DNA from: Bacteroidetes bacterium MED-G20
GTDB taxonomy: Bacteria; Bacteroidota; Bacteroidia; Flavobacteriales_D; Parvicellaceae
Direction: 5' to 3'
Length of the DNA: 64,000 nucleotides
Assembly: GCA_905182745.1 (NCBI GenBank)
Contig: CAJJCR010000005.1
Location: 48,764 to 112,763 of the forward strand
Under the pieces are notes generated by a model. The model saw only the letters and a program-made list of their open reading frames with translations. It was not told the DNA's origin and made no database searches. This document shows, piece after piece, positions 41,334 to 51,995 of this stretch. The position numbers were made by a program, and so were the translations under genes. The first letter of the stretch is position 1. The number at the start of each line of letters is the position of its first letter.

Positions 41334-41396
41334 TGTTTATTGTTTAGTCCTCAAACTTAAACAAAATGTTTAACATTTCAAATAAAGGTTTAAACA
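41334..41396 (-). promoter_or_regulatory. Operon promoter (TAAGTTTG, 41352-41359) with five TAAACA/TGTTTA boxes
   Basis: Boxes start at 41334, 41341, 41358, 41367 and 41391, including the palindrome TTAAACA-aaa-TGTTTAA at 41357-41373. Confidence 0.65.
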
Positions 41397-41450
41397 ATTT
41401 AAATATTAAATTTTTATAATGTTCATATATTCGCTTCAAATTATGTAATA

Positions 41451-42038
41451 GTGGATTTTATAATTGAAATAATTGCTGTTTTTTCTGGTATAATTAGCGT
41501 TTGGTTTGCAAAAAAAGAGAATATTTTGTTGTACCCAGTGGGAACATTAAGCGTTTCGCTATGGATATACCTATGTTGGGTTGGTGAAATATATGGCCAA
41601 GCTGTAATTAATTTATTTTTTTTAGTGATGAATATTTATGGCTGGTATAATTGGTCTAGAAAAGATAATTCTGACATGAAAAAAGTCCAAATAAAATTCA
41701 GTTCTATCAAAGAAAACATACTTTACATAATAGTAGCCGCATTTTTAACAATATTATTATACTGGTGTCTTTCAAATATAGAAATCCTAAATTTTGATTG
41801 GAAGTTTGTTTTAATTGAGTCTTTTATTACTGCACTTAACTTTATCGCTATGTGGCTTATGGCCTGGAAAAGAGTAGAGAACTGGGTTCTCTGGATTGTT
41901 GGAGATATATTTTGTATACCGCTTTTTGTTTTCAAAGAATATTATTTAAGTGTAGCTCAATTTTCTATATTTATAATTATTGCATTTATGGGATATTTTG
42001 AATGGAAAAAAAAGGCATTAAAGAATCAAGAAAAATAG
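41451..42038 (+). CDS. pnuC: PnuC family vitamin transporter (possibly thiamine-type PnuT)
   Basis: YGWYNW and KRVENWVLWIVGD motifs; multi-TM. Confidence 0.9.
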   Translation: MDFIIEIIAVFSGIISVWFAKKENILLYPVGTLSVSLWIYLCWVGEIYGQAVINLFFLVMNIYGWYNWSRKDNSDMKKVQIKFSSIKENILYIIVAAFLTILLYWCLSNIEILNFDWKFVLIESFITALNFIAMWLMAWKRVENWVLWIVGDIFCIPLFVFKEYYLSVAQFSIFIIIAFMGYFEWKKKALKNQEK

Positions 42039-42529
42039 TAATTACTGGACCAGAGTCTTCTGGTAAAACCACTTTGTTTGAACAATTAAAAACCTTATCA
42101 GGGTTTAATTTTATTCCAGAATATTCTAGAACCTATTTAGAAAAAATCAAAAGGCCGTACCATTACAACGATATATTACAAATAGCAAATTACTATGTTA
42201 ATGAACTTAAATCAGCTAATCAAAATAAATTATCTGTAATTTCAGATACAGACTTACTAACGCTACAAATTTGGTGTGAATTCAAATACAAAAAGTGTCA
42301 TCCATTTATTATGGAAAACCTTAAAATAAATCCACCTGATTTATATTTAATTTGTAGTCCAAATATTCCTTGGGAATTTGACCCTCAAAGAGAAAATCCA
42401 CATGACAGAACAGAACTTTACAATATCCACTTAGATAAAATAAAAGAACTAGGTATTAGTTTTGAAATTATTGAAGGAGACCTATCCAAAAGATTAATTC
42501 AATCAAAAAAAATATTACAAAATCTATAA
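42002..42529 (+). CDS. NadR-like ATPase/kinase (AAA_28)
   Basis: ITGPESSGKTT, PEYSR, DTD and IPWEFDPQRE motifs. Confidence 0.9.
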   Translation: MEKKGIKESRKIVITGPESSGKTTLFEQLKTLSGFNFIPEYSRTYLEKIKRPYHYNDILQIANYYVNELKSANQNKLSVISDTDLLTLQIWCEFKYKKCHPFIMENLKINPPDLYLICSPNIPWEFDPQRENPHDRTELYNIHLDKIKELGISFEIIEGDLSKRLIQSKKILQNL

Positions 42530-42560
42530 TTCTAAAATTAATTTATACTTTTGGCAAACT

Positions 42561-42654
42561 CAATAGGGGGTGCTGTAAAAGGCTGAGATTATACCCATTT
42601 TCTGTTAAATAGCAGAATGTAACTTGATCCAGATAATGCTGGCGAAAGGATGTT
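42561..42654 (+). ncRNA. TPP riboswitch aptamer
   Basis: GGGGTGC...GCTGAGA.TATACCC...AACTTGATCCAGATAATGCTGGCGAAAGGA; own promoter TACTTTTG at 42546-42553. Confidence 0.95.
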
Positions 42655-42668
42655 AAATGTTTAAACCT

Positions 42669-42700
42669 TGTGTTTTCTTACCCCCAGTAAGACACATTTA
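42669..42700 (+). terminator. Riboswitch expression-platform hairpin
   Basis: TGTG(TTT)TCTTAC-CCCCA-GTAAGACACA-TTT; its C run is complementary to GGGGG at 42566-42570. Confidence 0.6.
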
Positions 42701-42711
42701 ACCTAAAAAAA

Positions 42712-44976
42712 ATGAAATACAATTATTTACTACTTACCATTGGCGTTTTTGGTTTTTTAAATGCCCAATCTCAAACAGATTCTAGTAAGACAACACTAGA
42801 TGAATTTGAAGTTACTACTACTAAAGTAGGTGAAAAAAGTCCTGTTGCTCACGAGAATATTTCTAAAGAAGAAATTGATGTAAACAACCATGGTGTAGAT
42901 TTACCTATACTACTAGACCAAGCTACTTCCATTGTAACAACATCAGACGCAGGTGCTGGAGTTGGTTACACAGGAATTCGAGTTAGAGGAAGTGATGCAA
43001 CAAGAGTTAATGTGACTATAAACGGAATTCCTTTTAACGATGCTGAATCACAGGGAGCTTATTGGGTAAATATGCCAGATATATCTTCATCTACAGACGA
43101 TATTCAAATTCAAAGAGGAGTTGGTGCATCTACTACCGGCGCATCTGCTTTTGGTGCAAGTGTGAATTTAAGTACTTTAAGTACTGTTAACTCTCAAAAC
43201 CCTTACGGAGAAATTTCTAATAGTTATGGATCTTTTAATACTTTAAAAAATACCATTAAACTTGGAACAGGGTTGATTGATGGTAAATGGAATTTTGAAG
43301 GAAGATTATCTAGAGTAGCCTCTGATGGTTTTATTGATAGAGCTTCTTCCGATTTGAACTCCTATTATTTATCTGGAAGTTATTTAGGGGAAAAAACATC
43401 TATTCAAGGAGTAGCTTTTTCTGGACAAGAAGTTACTTATCAAGCTTGGAATGGAATTCCTCTAAGTTTTTTAGAAGAAAATTACAACGATAGTGGGCAA
43501 ACTTACAACCCCTATGAATATGAAAATGAAGTAGACAATTACAATCAATCTCATTACCAATTGCATTTTACAAATAAGCCAAATAGAAATCTAAAATTAA
43601 ATGCTTCTTTACACTACACAAGAGGAAAAGGCTACTTTGAGCAGTACAAGGGAATAGGTCAAAATGCGTCTCTAAATTATTTTAGTCAAGAAAGTTTAAT
43701 GGATTATGGTTTACAGGATATTATAACTAGTTCTGGAGATACTATTTCTGAAACAGATCTTATACGCAGGAGGTGGTTAGATAATCATTTTTATGGTATT
43801 GTATATTCTGCTGAATATTTTGGGGAGAATTTCCAATTTACTTTGGGTGGAGGTGCCAACCAATATTTAGGTGGACATTATGGTGAAGTTATATGGTCAC
43901 AATATGCCAGTAATGGTAATATTAGACATAGATATTACGATAACGATGCTACTAAAAATGATTTTAACGTGTATGGAAAATTAAATTACGATTTGAATTC
44001 AAATTTCAGTGCTTACATTGATTTGCAACAACGTATTGTAAGTTATAACTTTACTGGATTAGATCAAGACGGTAGTGAATTGGATCAAACTTCAGAAATG
44101 TCTTTCTTCAATCCCAAAGTTGGTTTTAACTACTCACTAAATGAAAAATCTAGCCTGTATGCTTTTGCTGGATTAGGGAATAAAGAACCAAGCAGAGATG
44201 ATTTTACTGAATCTACACCTGACAGTAGACCATCTCACGAAAGTCTAATAGATATTGAGTTAGGTTATAGATATTCTTCAGAAACTGTAAGTATTTCTGC
44301 TAATTTTTACAATATGCACTACAATAATCAATTGATTCTTACTGGGGAGTTAAACGATGTCGGTTCTGCAGTTAGGGTAAACATTCCCGATAGCTACAGA
44401 AGAGGTGTTGAGTTAACAGGAAGTTTTCAATTGATGGATAGACTTCTTTGGAGACTAAATGCAACATTTAGTGAAAATAAAATAGCAGAGTTCAATGAGT
44501 TTATAGATAATTGGGATACTGGAGGAAAAGATTCAGTTACTCATACAAATACAAATATTGCTCTTTCACCATCTGTAATTGGTGGAAGCCAATTAATTTT
44601 TACTCCATTTAATTCCGTTGAAAATGGAAAGTTAGATTTGGCATTGGTAACGAAATACGTAGGAGATCAATTTATTGACAATACATCAAGTGAATATGCC
44701 AAACTAGACGCTTATTTAGTAAATGATTTTAGAGTAAGCTACACAGTTAAAACTAAACTTTTTAAAGAAGTTGTAATTAGCTCTTGGATACGAAACTTAT
44801 TTAATCAAAATTATATTTCAAACGCATGGGTTTATAGATTCAATACTTTAGATGATCCAACATCCTACGATCCATATGCAAATGCTGAAGGTTCTGGAAC
44901 CAATAGTTACAACCAAATTGGTGCCTTCAACCAAGCAGGAATTAACTTCTTTGTAGGGTTGAAATTGAAGTTCTAA
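42712..44976 (+). CDS. TonB-dependent receptor, predicted thiamine uptake
   Basis: SDAGAGVGYTGIRVRGSDATR plug, QRGVG and terminal LKF; directly downstream of the TPP riboswitch. Confidence 0.92.
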   Translation: MKYNYLLLTIGVFGFLNAQSQTDSSKTTLDEFEVTTTKVGEKSPVAHENISKEEIDVNNHGVDLPILLDQATSIVTTSDAGAGVGYTGIRVRGSDATRVNVTINGIPFNDAESQGAYWVNMPDISSSTDDIQIQRGVGASTTGASAFGASVNLSTLSTVNSQNPYGEISNSYGSFNTLKNTIKLGTGLIDGKWNFEGRLSRVASDGFIDRASSDLNSYYLSGSYLGEKTSIQGVAFSGQEVTYQAWNGIPLSFLEENYNDSGQTYNPYEYENEVDNYNQSHYQLHFTNKPNRNLKLNASLHYTRGKGYFEQYKGIGQNASLNYFSQESLMDYGLQDIITSSGDTISETDLIRRRWLDNHFYGIVYSAEYFGENFQFTLGGGANQYLGGHYGEVIWSQYASNGNIRHRYYDNDATKNDFNVYGKLNYDLNSNFSAYIDLQQRIVSYNFTGLDQDGSELDQTSEMSFFNPKVGFNYSLNEKSSLYAFAGLGNKEPSRDDFTESTPDSRPSHESLIDIELGYRYSSETVSISANFYNMHYNNQLILTGELNDVGSAVRVNIPDSYRRGVELTGSFQLMDRLLWRLNATFSENKIAEFNEFIDNWDTGGKDSVTHTNTNIALSPSVIGGSQLIFTPFNSVENGKLDLALVTKYVGDQFIDNTSSEYAKLDAYLVNDFRVSYTVKTKLFKEVVISSWIRNLFNQNYISNAWVYRFNTLDDPTSYDPYANAEGSGTNSYNQIGAFNQAGINFFVGLKLKF

Positions 44977-44993
44977 TTAATACTTAGTAAATT

Positions 44994-45030
44994 AAAAGAG
45001 TTAGGTTCAATCGATCTAGCTCTTTTTTTT
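44994..45030. terminator. Bidirectional intrinsic terminator
   Basis: AAAAGAGTTAGGTT-caatc-GATCTAGCTCTTTTTTTT between convergent genes. Confidence 0.8.
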
Positions 45031-45035
45031 AAAGA

Positions 45036-47438
45036 TTATTTCTTCTTTTTCATTGGATTGCTTGAAGGTCTATCACGTCTGTTTTTGTACTTGTAAAGCT
45101 CAAACTTAGATGCTTCTAATTGCTGAGGCCAAAAATTATTAGATCTGTCAGTATCTGCAGTTTCCATAAATGGATCTAACTCAATCTGAGTTACTTCATT
45201 GTCAAAAGCAAATACCTTAGATATTTCTAAATTATTCTTTTTCCAAATTTCTGCTGGAATTTTTATAACCTCATTTGAATTGTCTTTAAATGAGAAGTTT
45301 AATATAATTGGCATCACAAGTCCTCCTATATTTGAGAATTTAATCTCGTAAAAGTGTTGATTTTTCTTCAATATTTCTTTTTCGTCTTCGTTGAGATTTT
45401 TATTGAATTTTTCATATTTTTTAATTTCTTTTTCTGTTGCTTTATACCTGTCATAGCTGGTATAAAAATCCTCTAGTCCTTTGTCTATTTCTCTGTAAGT
45501 AACAATATCTTTATTTCTTTGATTGGATATATCCTTATTGTAAACTTCCACAAAATTCATCTTGCTTTCTTTTTTATTAGTTACTGGATTTTGGTCGTTT
45601 ATTCTGTAAGTACTTTACTTTTTCTAATCCAATATCTACATGGTCTGTCGAATAAAACCAACCTCTCCAGTACCAATCTAAGTCTACAGAACTCGCATCT
45701 TCCATGGTACGAAATAAATCTTCAGGATTAGGATGTTTAAACATCCATCTGTTGGAATACATCTTAAATGCATAATCAAATAGTTCTCTACCCATTATAG
45801 TTTCTCTTAGTATATTCATTGCTGTTGCAGGCTTACCATAGGCATTATTTCCAAATTGATGAATGGATTCACTATTGGTCATAATTGGGGAAATTCTGTC
45901 TTTATCTCCTTTCATGTAATTAACAATTTTATAAGCAGGTCCTCTTCTAGAAGGATATCCTTTTTCAAATTCTTGCTCTGTTAAATACTGTAAGAATGTG
46001 TTTAAGCCTTCATCCATCCAAGTCCACTGTCTTTCATCTGAGTTTATTATCATTGGAAAATAATTATGTCCAACTTCATGAATAATAACTCCAATCATTC
46101 CGTATTTTGTTCTTGCAGAGTAGGTTCCATCTTCTTCGGGTCTTCCGCCGTTGAAACAAATCATAGGATACTCCATTCCAATCCATTTGGTATGAACAGA
46201 AATTGCAACTGGATATGGGTAGTCAAAAGTATATTTTGAGTAACATTTTAGTGTGTGGGCAACTACTCTTAGTACTGAATATTGTTCCCACAAGGGATTG
46301 CCCTCTTTAGGATAAAAAGACATGGCCAAAACATCTTTGGAAGCTTGTCTAACAACCATTGCATCCCAAATAAATTTTCTGGATGAAGCCCATCCAAAAT
46401 CTCTGACATTTTCTGCTTTAAAGTGCCATACTTTCATAGCTTTAACTACGCTTTTTTCATTTTTAATGGCTTCTTTTTCATTAACAATAAAAACTGGCTC
46501 TTTTTCACTTTTTCTAGCCTTTTCCAATCTTTCTAATTGTATTGGTGTTAATATTTCATCTGCATTCACTAATTCTCCTGTTGCAGCCACTACATGATCA
46601 GATGGAACAGTTATTTTCACATCATAATCCCCAAATGGAAGTGTGAATTCACCACTTCCCAAAAACTGCTTATTTTGCCATCCTTCGGTATCGTTATAAA
46701 CACACATTCTAGGAAAAAATTGAGCTATAGTGTATAAGTAATTTCCATCTTTTTCAAAATATTCATACCCGGATCTTCCACCTATTTCCAATCGGTCATT
46801 AATGTTGTACCACCAGTCAATACTAAATTCAAAACTCTCTTTAGACTCTAGAGGTTTTTTTAAGTTTATCCTCATCATGGTTTGTTGAATGGTGTAGGAT
46901 ATAGGATTACCATCTTTATCTAATACTTTCATAATATTAAACCCACCTTTAAATTTAGGATTCATATTTTTAATAGTTCTTTCATTAAGATTCCATATAG
47001 TATCTTCTTGATAAATTAGCTCAGAACCCAAATCTTGTAATTCAAAATAATTTAGTACTTTGTTAATGGATTTTTATCGATTGAGTTGAAACTAGAAGTC
47101 TCAATTTTATAACTATCTGAATTTTGAGCACGTTTGTTTTGATCCAATTGAATCCATAAATACTCTAATTTATCTGGGCTATTATTGTGGTATTTTATTG
47201 TTTCTGACCCTGTGATTTTTTGTTCTTGGTCGTTTAATGTTATACTCATTTCATAATCAGCCTCATTTTGATAATATTCATGGCCAGGAGCTCCTGCTGC
47301 AGTTCTAAAAACATTTGGTGGAGCAACTTTTTTTAAAAAGTTGTTTAAATTTATTGTAATTTTGTTATTATTTTGAGCAAATAAAAAAGAAGGATTAAAA
47401 GCAATTAGAAATAACGACAAATATTTATTGAAATACAT
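45036..47438 (-). CDS. M1 family metallo-aminopeptidase (several indels)
   Basis: GMEYPM, HEVGH...WMDEGLNT and NAYGKP motifs; ORFs 47052, 45577 and 45036. Confidence 0.9.
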
Positions 47439-47916
47439 GAGATTTTTGGTTTTTGTTGTATGAGAAACTAGATTTGATAGCACCATTTAAATTTACAATA
47501 TTTTGTTGATTAGGTAACCAATCGACTAGTAAATCATTATATATTTTAAGGTGTTTTATTCTTTTATTATAGTTCCCTTCCATATAAATTAATAAAGTAC
47601 CATCAAGTTTAATTTCGTTGCCTATAACTTCAAGATTAATTTCTGAACCCTTTTGAGAAATTGAAAATCGATTTTTTAAATAAAATTTAATTTCATTTAA
47701 GCTGTAGGATTCGTTTTTTTTATTTAGCGAAGATTTTATTTGTGTATTCATTTCTTTTTTAAATGCATATTCAAAATCGTGGGCGATTAGTTCAATACTA
47801 ATTTCTAAATCTTCATTTTCTTTAGCCATATTTCGTACCTGACACCTCGTTTCGTGTTCTGATGGCGAAAAAAGATGGGTAAATAATATTAAATATATCT
47901 TTAAATAAATATGCAT
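47425..47916 (-). CDS. DUF6702-like secreted hypothetical protein
   Basis: LEISIELIAHDFE and IYNDLL...PNQQNIVN; overlaps the start of the M1 peptidase gene. Confidence 0.65.
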   Translation of the reverse strand: MHIYLKIYLILFTHLFSPSEHETRCQVRNMAKENEDLEISIELIAHDFEYAFKKEMNTQIKSSLNKKNESYSLNEIKFYLKNRFSISQKGSEINLEVIGNEIKLDGTLLIYMEGNYNKRIKHLKIYNDLLVDWLPNQQNIVNLNGAIKSSFSYNKNQKSHVFQ

Positions 47917-47966
47917 TTACTTTAATTTTAATTCGTTATTGTATGAATTTTTTTTAGTTTCTAAGT

Positions 47967-48944
47967 TTAACTCTTTGACTTTAATTTGTCAATTTTCTGG
48001 TTGTCATTAAATATGAATTTATCTACGATATAAATCTTCTTTGGTTGAATCTTTTTGTCTTTTAACAAGTTAATAGATTCTATTAATAAATCTATTTTTA
48101 TCTTCTTTAATGCAATTAAGATAATTTCTTCGCCAAATTTATCATTTTTAATTTTGTCTATGAAGAAATTAATCCTACTATAAATCTTGTGGGCAGCCAA
48201 CTTCCTGCGGATTTATTTGCACGCTATCACCGGTTAATCATATTATCAGTTCTATTTAAAAACAGAAACTCTTCATTACTTATAATCTTTACTTTATCAT
48301 TGGTGACTAAATTTTCAATATTTAATTTTTTAGAATTTATTATTAACTGTTTTTTCTTGTTGGCTCCAACTTTAACATCCTCTAGACACTTATAAGGTTG
48401 TTTTTTTAGTACAGTTTTTAAGATTTCTTACAGCTATATGAGAAATTGTCTCTGTCATACCATAAGTTTGAAAGCAATTAGTAGTAATGTTTTGAATTTT
48501 AGAGATTAAGTTATCAGAAACCAAACCTCCTCCAATTATAGCAAGTTTAATCTTTTTAAAAACATGTTTTTTCTCCAAAAGATAATTTAATTGTAAAGGT
48601 GTAAGCGCCATAAAATCTATCTCTATATCTAGTTTGTTAATTGGATTTACAGATGGCTTATACAATACAATTTTACTTTCTGATAAAATGGCTCTTATTA
48701 ACATCATTTTCCCACCTATATATTTAACAGGTAAACAGTTTAAAAAGGTAGAATTATTATTAATATTAAAATAGCGCAATGTGTTTTTTGCACTTGCTAT
48801 CATTTGATTTTTATGAATGAACCATTCCTTTTGGTTTTCCTGTAGAACCAGATGTATATAATATAAAAAGAGGATCCTCTGAATCGATAGGAGTTGCTTG
48901 GCATTCATCTGAAACTATAGAAATTTCATCATGCTAGTTATCAT
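47967..48944 (-). CDS. menE: O-succinylbenzoate-CoA ligase (several indels)
   Basis: [37 protein letters not shown] and RTDNMIN motifs; coupled to menC by ATGA. Confidence 0.85.
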
Positions 48945-49984
48945 TTGAATTTTTCAAAATTTGACAAATCCCATGTTTTATTTTCGTTATAAAAAATATT
49001 TTCACCTTTAATTTCTAAAGGAGATGGAATATTATTACTAAAAAGTTGTCCAGTTCCCAAACCTTGGGGGAGGGTAAGTGGATAATTTGCACAAAACTGA
49101 GCTATTGCACTTAACCCTACATTAGATTCAAGAGCAGATGTTATCCACCAACCAACATTATTTTTTTCAGCAATATTTATCCATTTTCTGGTTGCCTCAA
49201 ATCCTCCAACAAGTGTGGGTTTTAAAACAAGATATTGAGGTGAAATATATTTAATAAACTCATTTTTTTCTTTTTTTAATTGAATTAATTCTTCATCTAA
49301 TGCAATTGGAATTGGAGATTTTTCGCATATTTCTTTTAAGTAATCCCACTGTCTGGTTGGAATGGGTTGTTCAATAGAATGAATCTTTAATGATCCTAAA
49401 TTTTCTAATTTTATGAAAACATCTTTAGTGGATAGTGCTCCGTTTGCATCCACTCTAATTTCTAATATTTTAGAACTAAATTGTTTTCTAATGTTTTTTA
49501 AAATGGAAATTTCTTCCATAAAATCAATAGATCCTATTTTAAGTTTCAAACAACTAAATCCTTTTTCAATTTTAGATTTAATTTGGTTTACCATAAAATC
49601 CTTATTCCCCATCCATATAAGCCCATTAATTTTTATTGGTTTTCCTTGAGTAAAAGAGTTTTGAAAAATAATTCTTTTTCCACCATTTTTTAAATCTTTA
49701 AGAGCACTTTCAACCCCAAATTGTATACTTGGAAATAAGGATAAATCAAGATTGGATAAATTATTAATTGATTTTTGAACTTTTTTTAGTTGATCCATCA
49801 TTTTGTCCCCTGATTCTATACTTAGTCCTTGAATTGGTCCACATTCACCTAAGCCAAATATATTATGATTAGTTTCATGGAAAATTTTAATGTACCAGGT
49901 TAGTTTGTTTTTTAAAATACCTCTAGAAGTTCCTCCAGGTGTTTTAAAATCAAGTTTGTGGTAAAATATTTCAACAATTAACAT
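48941..49984 (-). CDS. menC: O-succinylbenzoate synthase
   Basis: GTSRG, KLKIG, RVDANG, IEQP, ALDEEL, LKP and WWITSALES motifs (enolase superfamily). Confidence 0.92.
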   Translation of the reverse strand: MLIVEIFYHKLDFKTPGGTSRGILKNKLTWYIKIFHETNHNIFGLGECGPIQGLSIESGDKMMDQLKKVQKSINNLSNLDLSLFPSIQFGVESALKDLKNGGKRIIFQNSFTQGKPIKINGLIWMGNKDFMVNQIKSKIEKGFSCLKLKIGSIDFMEEISILKNIRKQFSSKILEIRVDANGALSTKDVFIKLENLGSLKIHSIEQPIPTRQWDYLKEICEKSPIPIALDEELIQLKKEKNEFIKYISPQYLVLKPTLVGGFEATRKWINIAEKNNVGWWITSALESNVGLSAIAQFCANYPLTLPQGLGTGQLFSNNIPSPLEIKGENIFYNENKTWDLSNFEKFK

Positions 49985-50002
49985 TTAAATTTAAAAAAAC
50001 CT

Positions 50003-51880
50003 TTAGTTGTCTAAACTACTAAATTCAGAATTATTGCTTATAAATTCCGGGGCAATTAATTTCATAATTTTTACTATTTTATGATTTTCTTGGTTTTTTA
50101 CCAATTTAATTAAATCAATAATTAATTTATTAATTTTTTCATCGTCTATAGTTTTTACTTTTCCTATCATAATTTTTGGATGATGAGTTCCAATTGTATT
50201 TTCCTCATTTCCAAGAAGTTCTTCATACATTTTTTCACCAGGCCTAAGTCCTGTTATTTTTATTTTGATGTCTTTTTTACTTTCAATCCTGCTAATTGAA
50301 TCATTTTTTTTGCCAATTCAACTATTTTAATACTTTCTCCCATGTCAAAAACATATATTTCACCTCCTTTTCCCATATTACAAGCTTCTAGAACTAAACT
50401 ACAAGCTTCGGGAATTGTCATAAAATATCTTGTTACCTCTCTATGAGTAACAGTAATTGGCCCTCCACTTTCTAGTTGTTTTTTAAACAGAGGAATAACA
50501 GACCCATTACTTCCTAACACATTTCCAAATCGTGTTGTTATAAATTTTGTATTTGTAATTTTAGATACTGATTGACAGTACATTTCAGATATTCTTTTTG
50601 AAGCGCCCATTACATTAGTAGGGTTAACCGCTTTATCGGTAGAAATAAAAATGAATTTTTCAACATTGTTTTTAATAGAAAGATCAGCTAGTATTTTTGT
50701 GCCCTCAATATTAACTCTTACGGCTTCACTTGGATTAACTTCCATTAAAGGTACATGTTTATAGGCCGCAGCGTGAAAAACTATACTAGGTTTAAAATTT
50801 TTAAAAAGATTTTCCATTCTTTCTTTTCTAAGCTAATAAAATAAATTTCAAAATTATAATTTTTATTTTTTGATAATAATCCATGACTCAGATCATAAAT
50901 TCCGCTTTCAGATTGATCCAGTAAAATAACTTTTGTTGGTTTATACTTTAAGACTTGTCTGACTATTTCACTTCCAATTGATCCAGCTGCTCCAGTCACT
51001 AATATTATTTTATCATTAAATTCTTCTTTTATGGAGCTATTTAATAATTTTATTGGTTTTCTTCCCAATAAATCTTCAATTCTAATATTCTTTAGTTGCT
51101 TTGAAGAAAAATCTCCTTCAAACCAATCATCTAAACTAGGAACAATCTTAACATTTATATTCTCTTTAAGACACAGTTCTATCAATTTTCTTTTGTTTTT
51201 AACTTCTGGTTCTTTAATTGCAATTATAACAGCGTCAATTTTAGCGGTTTTTAATTTTTCTTTAAGACTGTAAGTATTTATAATTGTTTTTCCTTCAATT
51301 AGTAAGCCTTCTTTTTTTTGATCATCATCAATAAAGCCAATAATGTTGTATGAACCATTTTTATCTCTTTCCAAAGTTCTTTTTGTGACCATCCCCATCT
51401 TCCCAGATCCATAGATTAGAATATTTATTTTTTCATCATTTGTTTTCTTTTGATTGTTGTATATTAACTTGACTGCAAATCTTGAAGTCAACATGAAAAA
51501 CAAGGTGGCTAAATATTCAATAATTATAATAGACTTTGGTAAAATAGCAATACCGTCTAAAAAATAATATCTTATAAAAGAAATAATGAAGAGCGATAGA
51601 GTACCAGATGAAACTGTGTAAAATATTCTGAGAGTATCTTCATACGACAAGTGCCTGATAATTCTTTTGTGAGTTTTTCCTATTATAAACGTTAAATATC
51701 TAACTGTAATTAATGTTGGAATTCCCCATATTAAACTTTTATATTGTTTTATCAAGATTAGTCCAAAAGAATTATGAAATCAAATCTTATTAAATAAGCA
51801 AGAATTAAAGAAAGAATAGTTAAAAATATATCAAATAGAAGAATTAACTTTTTTGGAAAGTACCATTTGGGAAATTGCAT
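50003..51880 (-). CDS. CapD/PglF-type nucleoside-diphosphate-sugar dehydratase (several indels)
   Basis: [44 protein letters not shown] and RFGNVLGS motifs; start MQFPKW at 51880. Confidence 0.92.
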
Positions 51881-51995
51881 ATACAAATATAAGTTTTACT
51901 TTTATAATGGATCTTAAAATGTTATTTTAAAGTTTCATTTTTATAAAAGTTGTTTTTTCAAGACAAATTTTTAAAAACTTAGTTAGTTTTGCGCA

